Positions 1 through 9,995 of a stretch of DNA of 64,000 nt are shown piece after piece. The stretch is taken from assembly GCA_963700635.1 (NCBI GenBank), contig CAVOYH010000003.1, positions 1,120,001-1,184,000 on the forward strand, in the 5' to 3' direction. Numbering within the stretch: position 1 is the first letter of the stretch; each line of letters starts with the position of its first letter. This DNA is from an uncultured Bacteroidota bacterium. GTDB lineage: Bacteria; Bacteroidota; Ignavibacteria; UBA10030; UBA6906. The notes under the pieces are model-generated. The model was not told the DNA's origin. It made no database searches and saw only the letters and a program-made list of their open reading frames with translations. The position numbers were made by a program, and so were the translations under genes.

Positions 1-460
1 TTCAATGCCGGCACAGCACACCCAGTTCGCCCTCCACGGACACGTCGTGTTTGTGAGCATACTCCACAACCTGCCGTGTAAGCTCTGCATTCTTTTCGTA
101 CGGGAGATGCGAACCGTCGATCATAACTGACGAGAACCCCAATTCAATGCAGGATTTGCACAGGTCAAAGGTATCACCGTGATCAAGATGCAGGACGATC
201 GGGATCGGGTAACCCAGTTCATGCGAATATTCAACGGCGCCTTTGGCGAGATGCTTGAGGAGCGTCTGGTTGGCATATTTGCGGGCGCCGCTGGAAACCT
301 GCAACAGAACGGGTGATTTGGTTTCGACACAGGCGCCGATGATTGCCTGAAGCTGTTCCAGATTATTAAAGTTGAATGCCGGGATGGCATAACCGCCTTT
401 TACGGCCTTCTGGAACAAATCCTTTGAATTAACAAGTCCAAGTTCTTTATAGTGCGTCAT
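1..460 (-). CDS. fba: Class II fructose-1,6-bisphosphate aldolase, 5' part (runs off window edge; apparent 1-nt insertion near nt 13)
   Basis: YAIPAFNFNN, LHLDHG, FSSVMIDGSH and VEGELG motifs. Removing one base restores the conserved GVLAGIE. Confidence 0.93.
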
Positions 461-591
461 GGTTTACCGTGTTTTGTGTGAAGAATGGGTATACAAATAA
501 AATGTCGGATTCCCGACGGAAAAGCAAGTCCAGGCGGATTAATTCTGGAGGGGCACACAGCAGGGGTAAATACGGCGGCCCTGCACGCCTG

Positions 592-2094
592 CTATTTGAG
601 ATATACCATTGAGCGGGTCCCATCAAACACGACGGAACCTCCCGACGCTTCGCGGGCGGTGAGGCGGTAAAGATATACACCGCTGGTGACCGGTGACCTG
701 TTGTTGTCCGTTCCATCCCAACGTGTTGACCAGACTCCGGGATCCCGCAGGTCCTTCATCAATGTCCGCACCTCGCGGCCAAGCGGGTCAAAGACCGTGA
801 GGGTAACAAAACATTGTCGTGACAGAGAAAATGAGATCGTGGTGGAAGGGTTAAAAGGATTTGGAAAGTTCGGTGAAAGCGAATAGGAACGGGGTATCTG
901 CTCATCGATCTCTGGAGCCGAAGTGTAGTTCAGACCGTGAGGGCCGAAGACAGGGATAAGCAGGGCATGACAAGCCCGGCAATCTCTGAGTGCCCCGGCA
1001 TAGCCCTGCAGGCGGATATTCTGAAGGTTGTCATTCTCCTCCCGCGAGGGGAGAATTGCATGTGCGCTCCCGTGGCAGGCCGAACAGAACATTTTGCCAT
1101 GGCCCTTTGAGTCCTTGAAGAGTTTCCCCGTTTCTTGTGCATATGTCTTTCCATGGCACGTTGAATCGCTGCACGTAGGCTCATCCAGCCAGGGCCTCCG
1201 CCCGGCAGTGATTGTGGACGCGACCGTGGCGGCTGAGCCATGGCAATCCTGGCAGATCAGAGGCTTCGTCTGGTTTATTGCCATGATGCCCCGCAGGTGC
1301 CGGGTATTCGGACCGGGATGACACCGGTAGCAGGCTGTCATCGTCCCCGCGGGCCCAATGCGGTTCTTATGCTTATCGTGCAGCACAAAGGAGAGAGTTT
1401 TTGCCGAGGTGATGCCTGTTGTGCCGAGTGCCGCTGAAGCATGACATTGCGCGCACAACACGGGTCCGGATTTGTTGAAGCCGGTCATCGATTCGTGATC
1501 GTTCAGAATGTCCTGGTCCGAGCCGTGACAACCGGATTGGATACACCCTACTTCATTGCTTACCGGAATTACGACTTCGGTGGTGGCAAGGACCGTTTGA
1601 CTTCCGCTGACCCTGGCCACAAGCTGAATGAGCTGGAATGGACTCTCCTTTGACAGCGTGGAGTCCGGATACGGCGTAAGAGGAATCCCTCTTGCTTCGA
1701 ACGCATTGCCTGTGGTATCAAGGACGCCGGAAAGTCCTTTGCCGGTGAGTCCGACGTCAGCCGGGAGTGCCTGAGTGAGCCCAAAAAGTTGGGCGGCGTA
1801 TGTCCAGAAGTTTGTCTTTCCACTCGAAGTGGTATTGGATGGGATATGATACTCGATCGTCACATTGTGAGTCACTGCTTTAGGCAGGGCACCAGGAGTG
1901 CGGTACACAAGCTGGGCACGAATGGTGCATGATGGAGGCATCAACGACACTTTTGAATAGTCTTTGCCGGAGCTGTGCATCCCGTACTTGCTCCAGCCGA
2001 TGAGGACATAGTCTTGCGCGTTAACGTGGGCAGAAAACAAAACAACCAAAAAGAGGGACAGCAGTTGGTAGCGGAGCGGCCTGTGCGGGTTCAT
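592..2094 (-). CDS. Secreted multiheme c-type cytochrome with C-terminal T9SS type-A/FlgD-Ig sorting domain
   Basis: Signal peptide (..VNA-QD), 5 CxxCH (CAQCH, CYRCH, CQDCH, CSACH, CRACH) and 2 Cx4CH (CIQSGCH, CSDSTCH). C-terminus has NFPNPFNPSTTISF..WDGTD..SGVYLYRL..MVYLK. Confidence 0.88.
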   Translation of the reverse strand: MNPHRPLRYQLLSLFLVVLFSAHVNAQDYVLIGWSKYGMHSSGKDYSKVSLMPPSCTIRAQLVYRTPGALPKAVTHNVTIEYHIPSNTTSSGKTNFWTYAAQLFGLTQALPADVGLTGKGLSGVLDTTGNAFEARGIPLTPYPDSTLSKESPFQLIQLVARVSGSQTVLATTEVVIPVSNEVGCIQSGCHGSDQDILNDHESMTGFNKSGPVLCAQCHASAALGTTGITSAKTLSFVLHDKHKNRIGPAGTMTACYRCHPGPNTRHLRGIMAINQTKPLICQDCHGSAATVASTITAGRRPWLDEPTCSDSTCHGKTYAQETGKLFKDSKGHGKMFCSACHGSAHAILPSREENDNLQNIRLQGYAGALRDCRACHALLIPVFGPHGLNYTSAPEIDEQIPRSYSLSPNFPNPFNPSTTISFSLSRQCFVTLTVFDPLGREVRTLMKDLRDPGVWSTRWDGTDNNRSPVTSGVYLYRLTAREASGGSVVFDGTRSMVYLK

Positions 2095-2201
2095 GTGTTT
2101 CCCTCACGAGAGTGTCGGGTGGTTGAGGGACGTCCCGCTGAAAACGTGAAGATGCCGGCGGGAGTAATTCATACAAAACATACTGCTCTGCGGCGCCAAC
2201 T

Positions 2202-2639
2202 TCAAGGGGTCAACGCCGTTTCGCCCCAGATGGTGGCGACGATGTGTCTACCGCTTCCATGCTGCCTGTGTTCGCCAAGATAGATCCCCTGCCAGATGCC
2301 GCAGTTGAGTTGTCCGTCGGTAATCGGTATGCTCAGCCCGCTTCCCATCAATGAACATTTGATGTGTGCGGGCATATCGTCCGGCCCCTCCGTGTCGTGT
2401 GTGTAGTGACGGGCTTCGTCGGGCGCGACGATGCGCAAATGTCGTTCCATATCTTCACGCACGCTGGGGTCGGCATTTTCGTTTAGTGTCAGAGAGGCCG
2501 AGGTGTGTTTGATAAACAGATGCAGAAGTCCGGTGCGGACTGTGTTGATTTCGGGAAGTGAGGCCAGGATTTCCGGTGTGACAAGGTGGAAACCCCGGGA
2601 ACGAGCCCTGAGTGTGAATTCCTTTTGTATCCACGCCAT
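2202..2639 (-). CDS. YjbQ/UPF0047 family protein
   Basis: HTSASLTLNENADPSV, EGPDDMPAHIK and GIWQGIYLGEHR motifs. Confidence 0.92.
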   Translation of the reverse strand: MAWIQKEFTLRARSRGFHLVTPEILASLPEINTVRTGLLHLFIKHTSASLTLNENADPSVREDMERHLRIVAPDEARHYTHDTEGPDDMPAHIKCSLMGSGLSIPITDGQLNCGIWQGIYLGEHRQHGSGRHIVATIWGETALTP

Positions 2640-2654
2640 GATCGTGCTCCGTTG

Positions 2655-3140
2655 TTAGGTCTGCTGGTGCGCCATGGAAGCCGGCAGCGGTACCGCGACG
2701 ACCTCACCGTTCGCCGTGGTGACGCCGTCGGCGGAGAGTTCCGTGTGGACTACCACTTTGCGGAGGGTGAAGGTTGTAATGCGGCTGCGCAGCAGCAGCT
2801 TGGTGCCGAGCGGGGTCGGGTGCAGGTAATTCACGTGAAGTGCAGCGGTAACGTACCGGGGTGACGGTGCCTCACCGACCTCCCGTCCGGCTGCTTTTTC
2901 GGCAGCGGCAGCAGCGGCGGCCATACTGTGGCAATCGATGAGTGATGCAATCAATCCCCCGTACACAAAACCCGGGAGCGCTGTGTGATGGGCACGCGGA
3001 ACAAATGTGGCGACAAATTCATCCCCGTCCGTAAACGTCTTGATCTGGAGTCCGTCGCCGTTGAGCCTCCCGCACCCGTAACAATGTGAAAAATCTTCCG
3101 GGTAAAAATCCTGGACTGCTGCTGCACTCTGCTTCGTCAT
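2655..3140 (-). CDS. PaaI-family hotdog-fold thioesterase
   Basis: CYGCG, GFVYGGLIASLIDCH and VTAALHVNYLHPTP motifs. ATG at 3140 follows an AAAGGAG SD; alternative start 3167. Confidence 0.85.
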   Translation of the reverse strand: MTKQSAAAVQDFYPEDFSHCYGCGRLNGDGLQIKTFTDGDEFVATFVPRAHHTALPGFVYGGLIASLIDCHSMAAAAAAAEKAAGREVGEAPSPRYVTAALHVNYLHPTPLGTKLLLRSRITTFTLRKVVVHTELSADGVTTANGEVVAVPLPASMAHQQT

Positions 3141-3347
3141 ACGATCTCCTTTGTGGTGTGTTTCCACCGTATGCCTAATATGGCAGGCTTTGCACGATTT
3201 GTCAACTGCCGGAGCGGGCCATTCGTGTTCCGGTGCGTATCACGCTCACCTGTAAAACGGTCATCCGTTGATTCTGTCATGAAAAAGCTTGATCATCCAA
3301 TATCAGGAAGAGCCGACAGATTCACAGGGGATGAGGAGAACCGCAGA

Positions 3348-3551
3348 ATGACACTGGAAGATGTCAAATCATCCGTACGCCGTCTGACACCGGGAGAACG
3401 GAGAAAAGTGGCTCTGTACATCCTCGAATTGGAGAAGGATAATTTTCAGGAGAACGTCGGTCCGCACATTGCCGAAGATCTCAAAGGATTTACAAAAGTA
3501 GTTCAGGAATCCATAGACAAAATCAAGAAAAACATCTGGCCCCCGCAATGA
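3348..3551 (+). CDS. Small hypothetical protein (67 aa)
   Basis: GAGGAG SD upstream of ATG 3348; the stop overlaps the next start (ATGA); helical, charged sequence. Confidence 0.65.
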   Translation: MTLEDVKSSVRRLTPGERRKVALYILELEKDNFQENVGPHIAEDLKGFTKVVQESIDKIKKNIWPPQ

Positions 3552-4915
3552 CCCGACACACGTGGAGTACCCGATTTGTTGGACTGCTGTTTCTGCTCCT
3601 TCTCGCTGCCAATCTGTATGTGTTTCTTGACCGGGAGTGGGAATCTTCGTTCTACCCGACAACGTATGCGACACTGTATTATCCGCTTGACGTTCCGACG
3701 ATCCGTGAATGGAAGGTCGTTGACCGGAATCACCTGCAGCTTAATCTGGAAGGTACTACCACGATTGCGCAATGGCAGGTGTTCACAGACGGAGCTGATC
3801 CGCAAAGCGCGAGCGGCATGACCCCGTCATTCAAAATTGATACAACGTTCAGCGAGCTTCATACGTACCGCCTCGTGCCGGTCCCGCCCGGGGCCTGCCC
3901 CCCCGTGGAAATTACCATCCGGTTCTATTCCACCGAGTTTTACGGATCGCTGGGGATGAAACATACCGATGTGTATGTTGTGCGCTCCAGTGTGCCCTGC
4001 GGCGAGTTCGACCAGCTGACAGTGAAAGATTGGGTTGATGACTACGCGTATGTCGGGGAGGAAGGACTTGCCGAGACCGGGCGGTTGCTGCATGAGGAGG
4101 TGGGGATCCGGGACGGCGAATCAAGTTTTACGCGGATGGAAAAGCTGACCCGTTATCTGCGTATCAAACTCAAGGATGCGCGTGGCGTCCCCAAAGACGA
4201 CGAACGGTGGATGAACCCGTGGGTGCTCTATAACGAAATGGTGAATGGTACGGGGAAGGGCTGGTGCACCCAGCATGCGCAGATCTATGTGTACTGGGCG
4301 AACCGTGCCGGCATCCCGACACGGTTTGTGTTCGGCGCCCGTACGCAGGACAACACCATCGTCTATACGGGCCATGCCTTTGCGGAATCCTACATCCGGG
4401 AACAAAACCGGTGGGCATTTGTTGACCTGTCACATGCCCATATCTACATCACCGACAAAAACGGGCTGGTGCTGAACACGGCCGAACTGTTCCATCTGAA
4501 CCAGCACAACGCATTCGACAGCACGAACGCGCGTGTGTATGTCGATTGGGAATGGCAGGGACGTCTGGGGCTCCAGATGGCCGACACCGTTGTGACGTTG
4601 CCATTCACCCAGTGCAACGCGGAAGTGCGCAGTGAGTTTACGCAACACTCCATCCTCAAATACCGCCGTCCGCCGAATGTGGAGGATGTTCGAGAGATCT
4701 ACACCGGCTTTGTACGCGACAGGACGTTTTTGCTGGGGAATCTCGAGCGCTATCTGTTCAAACCGCAGCTCGCCTATTCGTTCTACCCGACCGAAGGTGG
4801 GGAAACGTATTTCCTCAGGCGCACACTCTTTTTCGGGATGCTTGCAAGTCTGTTGCTCTGGATCTTCTTTGCCGTGCGCAACCGGAAAGGAGCCGTCAGC
4901 CCTCCACAACGCTGA
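3548..4915 (+). CDS. Membrane-anchored transglutaminase-like domain protein
   Basis: N- and C-terminal hydrophobic segments; putative Cys-His-Asp triad GWCTQHA / GHAFAESY / WAFVD. Confidence 0.75.
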   Translation: MTRHTWSTRFVGLLFLLLLAANLYVFLDREWESSFYPTTYATLYYPLDVPTIREWKVVDRNHLQLNLEGTTTIAQWQVFTDGADPQSASGMTPSFKIDTTFSELHTYRLVPVPPGACPPVEITIRFYSTEFYGSLGMKHTDVYVVRSSVPCGEFDQLTVKDWVDDYAYVGEEGLAETGRLLHEEVGIRDGESSFTRMEKLTRYLRIKLKDARGVPKDDERWMNPWVLYNEMVNGTGKGWCTQHAQIYVYWANRAGIPTRFVFGARTQDNTIVYTGHAFAESYIREQNRWAFVDLSHAHIYITDKNGLVLNTAELFHLNQHNAFDSTNARVYVDWEWQGRLGLQMADTVVTLPFTQCNAEVRSEFTQHSILKYRRPPNVEDVREIYTGFVRDRTFLLGNLERYLFKPQLAYSFYPTEGGETYFLRRTLFFGMLASLLLWIFFAVRNRKGAVSPPQR

Positions 4916-4976
4916 TCGCCGGTCCGCCGGGGATGTGCTTTACGGGTGAAGTTCTCGCATAGAGCCCGTCCCCGGT

Positions 4977-7082
4977 TTAGAGTAGACCTCGTTTTTTCAG
5001 GAGTGGCTCAAGAGTCGGCTTCCTGCCCCGGAAGCGTTCATAAAGAACCATCGGGTCTTCGGTTCCACCGAGCTCCAGGATATTCCTGCGGAATGAATCC
5101 GCCGTCGCGCGATCAAACAGCCCATTCTCCCTGAACGCCTCAAACGCGTCCGCGTCAAGAACCTCCGCCCATATATAACTGTAATATCCGGCGCTGTACC
5201 CCCCCGCAAAGATGTGTGCGAAATAAGGGGTGCGGTACCGCGAAATGATCTCCGGCATCAGTCGGATACGGTCAAACGTCGTGCGTTCGAATGCCGTTGC
5301 ATCCCGTGAAGTCGTGTCGCTGAGTGTGTGCCAGTCCAGATCCAGGATCGAAGCCGCAAGATACTCCACGGAGACAAATCCCTGATTGAACGTTTCGCTC
5401 TTATTGATTTTCTCAATGAGGGATTCAGGAATCGGTTCATCGGTAGCATAGTGGCGCGCATAGGAACGAAGGACTTCGGGATGACGCGCCCAGTTCTCCA
5501 TGACCTGGGAGGGTAATTCGATACCGTCACGCGGCAACCCGATGTTGTCATACGAACGGCGCGACAGCAATCCGTACAGGGCATGGCCGAACTCATGGAA
5601 CAGTGTTTCCACTTCCTCGAGGCTCAGGAGTGCGGGTTTTCCACCTGTCGGGCCCGAAAAGTTGCCGACATTGTACACCACCGGCGTGGCGATACTGTCG
5701 CCAAATCTGCCATAGGAACGGTATGATCCCATCCATGCCCCCGGCCGTTTTCCTCCACGCAGATAGTAATCGGTGTAGAGAATGCCAATGTGGGCTCCGT
5801 CCATTCCCTTCACTTCGAATACCTGGACATCGTCGGCATATTTAGGTATGTCAGTCCGTTCGATAAACTGGAGACCAAAAAGGCGGGCGGCCACGTCAAA
5901 TGCGCCCCGGCGGACATTCTCCATTTTGAAATACGGCCTCAAGGCATCCTCGTCCAGGTCAAATTCCGCAATTTTTACCTTCTCGGCGTAGTACCACCAG
6001 TCCCACGGGGCCAGTGTGAATGTGCCCCCTTCTTTCTTGATCATCGCCTGCATAACATCACGTTCCTTCTGCGCGACCTTCAGCGCGGGCTCCCAGAGAC
6101 GGTAGAGGAACTCATACACCGCGCCGGGAGTCTTCGCCATATTCTCCTCGAGCACATACGCGGCGTGTGTGGGGTAGCCCAGCAACTGCGCACGTGCCAC
6201 GCGGAGGGCGGCCATGCGGGAGCCAGGCTGCTTGTTGTCGGAGGCGTTGTTATTGTCACCGCGGTTGCAGTACGCTTTGTACAACGTTTCACGTAACGAT
6301 CGGTTCTTCGCATACTGGAGGAAAGGAATCCAGCTTGGTTTCTGCAACGTGAAGACCCATTTGCCATCCAGTTTCAGCTTCCGGGCTGCTTCTGCCGCAG
6401 ACTCTACAACTGCAGGAGGGAGCCCATCGAGGTCTTCCTGCTTCTCCACTACCATGCGGTAGGTGTTGGTTTCTTTGAGGAGGTTCTGATTAAACTTCAG
6501 CGAAACCATCGACAGCTCATCATTAATGACGCGCAGGCGTTGTTTGTCCGCCGGTGCAAGGTTCGCCCCTCCCCGGACAAAATCTTTGAATGTGTTGTCC
6601 AGCAGCATGGATTGTTCCGGAGTCAGCGTCAGCGATGAACGCGTATCATACACCGCTTTGATTCGCTGGAAAAGCTGTTCATTCAGCGCGATATCGTTTC
6701 TGTGTGCCGTCAGGAGGGGAGTGACAATTGTCGCGAGACTGTCAAGCCGGTCGTTGGTGATGGCTCCGCGGAGGGAGCCGAACACAACGCCAACCCTCTC
6801 CAGTAGATTGCCACTCCGGTCCAGCGCGACGATCGTGTTTTCGAACGTCGGCGTGGAACGGGCCGCCGTAATGGCATTAATCTCACTCTTCTGTTCTTCC
6901 ATCGCCTTTGTAAATGCTGGCATGTAGTGTTCAGGCAATATCCGCTGGAACGGGGGTGTCTCAAAAGGGGTGCCGTACGGGGCAAAGAACGGATTGCCGT
7001 CCGGGGATCCCGCAGGAGCGGCACCTCCGGAATTGAACACGGAGACGAACAAGCAGAGAATGGACAAGATTGCTGATTTCAT
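4977..7082 (-). CDS. dcp: M3 family metallopeptidase (peptidyl-dipeptidase Dcp-like), exported
   Basis: HEFGHALY zinc motif, ELPSQVMENW, HIFAGGYSAGYYSYIWAEVLDAD; signal peptide from MKSAIL after an AGAGGAG SD. Confidence 0.9.
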   Translation of the reverse strand: MKSAILSILCLFVSVFNSGGAAPAGSPDGNPFFAPYGTPFETPPFQRILPEHYMPAFTKAMEEQKSEINAITAARSTPTFENTIVALDRSGNLLERVGVVFGSLRGAITNDRLDSLATIVTPLLTAHRNDIALNEQLFQRIKAVYDTRSSLTLTPEQSMLLDNTFKDFVRGGANLAPADKQRLRVINDELSMVSLKFNQNLLKETNTYRMVVEKQEDLDGLPPAVVESAAEAARKLKLDGKWVFTLQKPSWIPFLQYAKNRSLRETLYKAYCNRGDNNNASDNKQPGSRMAALRVARAQLLGYPTHAAYVLEENMAKTPGAVYEFLYRLWEPALKVAQKERDVMQAMIKKEGGTFTLAPWDWWYYAEKVKIAEFDLDEDALRPYFKMENVRRGAFDVAARLFGLQFIERTDIPKYADDVQVFEVKGMDGAHIGILYTDYYLRGGKRPGAWMGSYRSYGRFGDSIATPVVYNVGNFSGPTGGKPALLSLEEVETLFHEFGHALYGLLSRRSYDNIGLPRDGIELPSQVMENWARHPEVLRSYARHYATDEPIPESLIEKINKSETFNQGFVSVEYLAASILDLDWHTLSDTTSRDATAFERTTFDRIRLMPEIISRYRTPYFAHIFAGGYSAGYYSYIWAEVLDADAFEAFRENGLFDRATADSFRRNILELGGTEDPMVLYERFRGRKPTLEPLLKKRGLL

Positions 7083-7290
7083 AATTTCTCCTCTGGAACA
7101 GTAAGAACGGCGAAAGGGGTGTTGATGGGATTGCGCGACGCAAGTGCCTGCAAGATACAAAATGCCCGGGCCTTTTGCCATACGGCGCACGGTGTGATTG
7201 CATGTCACTCCGTGGTTCATGATATTACACCAGTTTCGCCGCCTTGCCTCCCCGTTCCGTCAACCAAAGACAATCGAGGAAATTCTCACC

Positions 7291-8877
7291 ATGCGCCAAT
7301 ACTGTGACACACGATGGTTCTGGATTCTTGTTCTCACACTTCTGGTTTCTCCGTCCCGGGCCCAGGAAGATCGTCCGGAAGCCTGTACCACGATCACTGT
7401 GGGGAAGGCTGCCTCCGCGGACGGTTCCGTGATTACTTCACACACCCTTGACGACCATCGATCATGGACAACCATCGACATCCAGACTCCGCGCAGCCAT
7501 ACCAAGGATTCGAAGTTTCCGCTATTCAAAATTACAAACGACGAATCAGGAGCCATGCCGGCATACCGGAATGTGCCTGTGGGCGAGATTCCGCAACCAC
7601 CCTCCACCCACGGCTACATCAATAGTGCCCTGCCGTGTATGAACGACCAGCAGCTGGCAATCGGTGAATCCACGTTTGGCGGCAGGGAGTCGCTGGTGTC
7701 TGACAAGGGGCTCATCGATCTCTGGCGTTTGGTCAAGATTCTGATTGAACGTGCTTCCACCGCACGTGAAGCGATCCGGATGGCCGGGGAGCTTACCGCA
7801 CGGTATGGCTGGCGGGATGTCGGCGAGTGCCTGACAATCGCGGACAAGACTGAGGTCTGGCATTTTGAGATTGTCGGACCGGGGGCGGGACGTGTGGGGT
7901 CGATCTGGGCAGCACAGCGTGTCCCCGACGGACATGTTTCAGTCAACGCCAACGCAAGTCGTATCCGTGTTGTGGATCTCAAGAATCCTGACTACTTCAT
8001 GGCTTCCGAAAATTATGCCACCGTTGCGCGTGACAGCGGCTGGTGGAATCCTGAAAACGGTCCGTTTGAATTCTGTTACGCCTATGACCCCGATGGCAGG
8101 CAATCATTCGCCAGTCGTCGCCGCGAGTGGCGTGTGCTGGACCTGCTGGCCGGGTCGCTGCACCTTCACCCCAACTCCGAAAACTACCCATTCTCCGTAA
8201 AACCGGATTCCCTGGTATCACTGGAGAAATTGGTAACGATTTTTCAGGACTACTATGAAGGCACGGACTTTAATCCTGTGAAGAATATCACGTGGGTCAA
8301 TCCGCAGGGGAAGACGGAGATTTCCCCTCTCGCCTGCCCGTTTATGCCCTATGACATGCTCCAACTCTTCAAAGTGAACGGCGGATGGGGATGGAGAGGG
8401 GAAAGGACTATTGCACGCTGGTTTACGGTCTACGCGACCATCACGCAGTCCAGGGAATGGCTCCCGAATCCAATCGGTGGTGTCGTCTGGCTGGCGTGGG
8501 ACAACGCCGCCACGGCCCTGTACACGCCGGTTTATTGTGGGGTCACCGACCTGCCGGAGTCATTCAAGATCGACGGACGTGTAACGGGCTACGACCGCGG
8601 GTGCGCGTGGTGGGCCTTTAACCATCTTTCCACGCTTGCTTCTCAGCGCTGGGGCGACATGCGCCGTGATGTTGAAACCGTTTGGAAACCCCTTCAGGCC
8701 GAGCTGTTCCAGAAGCAGGCAAAAACCGAGGAGGAGGCATTAAAGCTGTTCAAGAACTCCCCTGAGAAAGGGCGTGCGTATCTGACTCGATACAGCAGTG
8801 GATGGGCGGAACGGGCGGTGACAGAGGCGTGGAAGCTCGGAGACCGGCTCTGGACAAAGTACGATGAAAAATTCTGA
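7291..8877 (+). CDS. C69 family dipeptidase (Ntn hydrolase), exported
   Basis: Signal peptide followed by nucleophile motif ACTTITVGK; MNDQQLAIGESTFGG; start inferred from GAGGA SD. Confidence 0.87.
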   Translation: MRQYCDTRWFWILVLTLLVSPSRAQEDRPEACTTITVGKAASADGSVITSHTLDDHRSWTTIDIQTPRSHTKDSKFPLFKITNDESGAMPAYRNVPVGEIPQPPSTHGYINSALPCMNDQQLAIGESTFGGRESLVSDKGLIDLWRLVKILIERASTAREAIRMAGELTARYGWRDVGECLTIADKTEVWHFEIVGPGAGRVGSIWAAQRVPDGHVSVNANASRIRVVDLKNPDYFMASENYATVARDSGWWNPENGPFEFCYAYDPDGRQSFASRRREWRVLDLLAGSLHLHPNSENYPFSVKPDSLVSLEKLVTIFQDYYEGTDFNPVKNITWVNPQGKTEISPLACPFMPYDMLQLFKVNGGWGWRGERTIARWFTVYATITQSREWLPNPIGGVVWLAWDNAATALYTPVYCGVTDLPESFKIDGRVTGYDRGCAWWAFNHLSTLASQRWGDMRRDVETVWKPLQAELFQKQAKTEEEALKLFKNSPEKGRAYLTRYSSGWAERAVTEAWKLGDRLWTKYDEKF

Positions 8878-8888
8878 CCGCGCCGGCT

Positions 8889-9995
8889 CTACCGTACGGG
8901 GGTAAGTCCGGAGGACTCCATGCGGTATCGGATCATCTGACCGGGCAGCACGACAACAATGGAGTCAGCAGTCAACCGGTACACCTGAGCCCGGGACAGG
9001 TCGCGTTCACTTAGCTGAGAGTCCGGATAAAGCGTCAACCGGAGCGTGCTGTCGGTCTGCTGCACATTGGTAAGCATAGTCTGCGCTGCCTGCCTGCGCT
9101 GTTGCTGGCGGAGGACGGGTGCGTCGGTGAGTGCGCGTTGTGAAATCGTTGCACGGATACGCTGTAGTCCTTCTTCAGACGGGGCCGTGTCAGTTTTTTG
9201 CCGCTTTGCAATGCTGATCTCATCCCGAACACTGCTGGCTGCCTTCTCGTTTCGTAATGCAGAAGTTTCCCCAACTACCCACGTTCCTTCAATCGCATAC
9301 GTCCCGCCGGCAAGTTGTCCAAGATCCGTTTCATTTTTTTTCTTTGAGTCATCCATGTCAGCGAGCAGCATCTCTTCTTGAATCTGCACCTCCTTCTCTT
9401 CCGCGCCATGAGCGGCAGGTCGCGGTTCGTTTTGTACACCATCAGCAGGAGGTGGTGAAAGAGTGCCGGGGCGGGACGCTGTCGTGGGCATGGGGGAACC
9501 AACGGGCTGTGCTTCTGCCTGTGCCTTGTAGGTCACGCCGGAGCGATCGTCCTTCGGCGCCGGAGATGTTGCAATGGCAACATCCTTGTCGGACGTTTGA
9601 AGGAGAGTTTCCTCAGATGACCACCAGCGATTAAGAAGTCCCACTCCGGTGATGATCACCACGCAGGCCGCGGCGGCAGCTGTGTACATCCATGCCCGTC
9701 CGGACCGGCGGGGGGAAGGTGAGCGGGCGGGTTTCTCTGTCGCAGCTGCTACTCTCTCATCCGCGTGTTGCTGGTCTGCGGTCAGGCCCAGTCGCTGCCG
9801 TAGCCGGACCTTCATGTCCGCTCTGCCTGACCGGCGTATACCTGCGGCGATTATCCGTTCATCCTCCACTCGTTTCCTGCAATCAGGGCACGATTGCAGA
9901 TGGCGCGTAAAGGTTGTGTGTTGATCTTCAGGGAGTCGGCCGAGCACAAAATGCTCGAGGAGGTCCCCGTCATGTGTCCAGTGTTCGTGTGGCAT
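8889..9995 (-). CDS. Zinc-binding (ZAS, zf-HC2) transmembrane anti-sigma factor
   Basis: HLQSCPDC (HxxxCxxC), one TM helix, translationally coupled to an ECF sigma gene. Confidence 0.85.
   Translation of the reverse strand: MPHEHWTHDGDLLEHFVLGRLPEDQHTTFTRHLQSCPDCRKRVEDERIIAAGIRRSGRADMKVRLRQRLGLTADQQHADERVAAATEKPARSPSPRRSGRAWMYTAAAAACVVIITGVGLLNRWWSSEETLLQTSDKDVAIATSPAPKDDRSGVTYKAQAEAQPVGSPMPTTASRPGTLSPPPADGVQNEPRPAAHGAEEKEVQIQEEMLLADMDDSKKKNETDLGQLAGGTYAIEGTWVVGETSALRNEKAASSVRDEISIAKRQKTDTAPSEEGLQRIRATISQRALTDAPVLRQQQRRQAAQTMLTNVQQTDSTLRLTLYPDSQLSERDLSRAQVYRLTADSIVVVLPGQMIRYRMESSGLTPVR

Noticed and set aside
1-30. Truncated fba as a pseudogene
   Set aside because: The stop arises from one extra base at the very edge of the window, and the conserved AGIE continues in the shifted frame.
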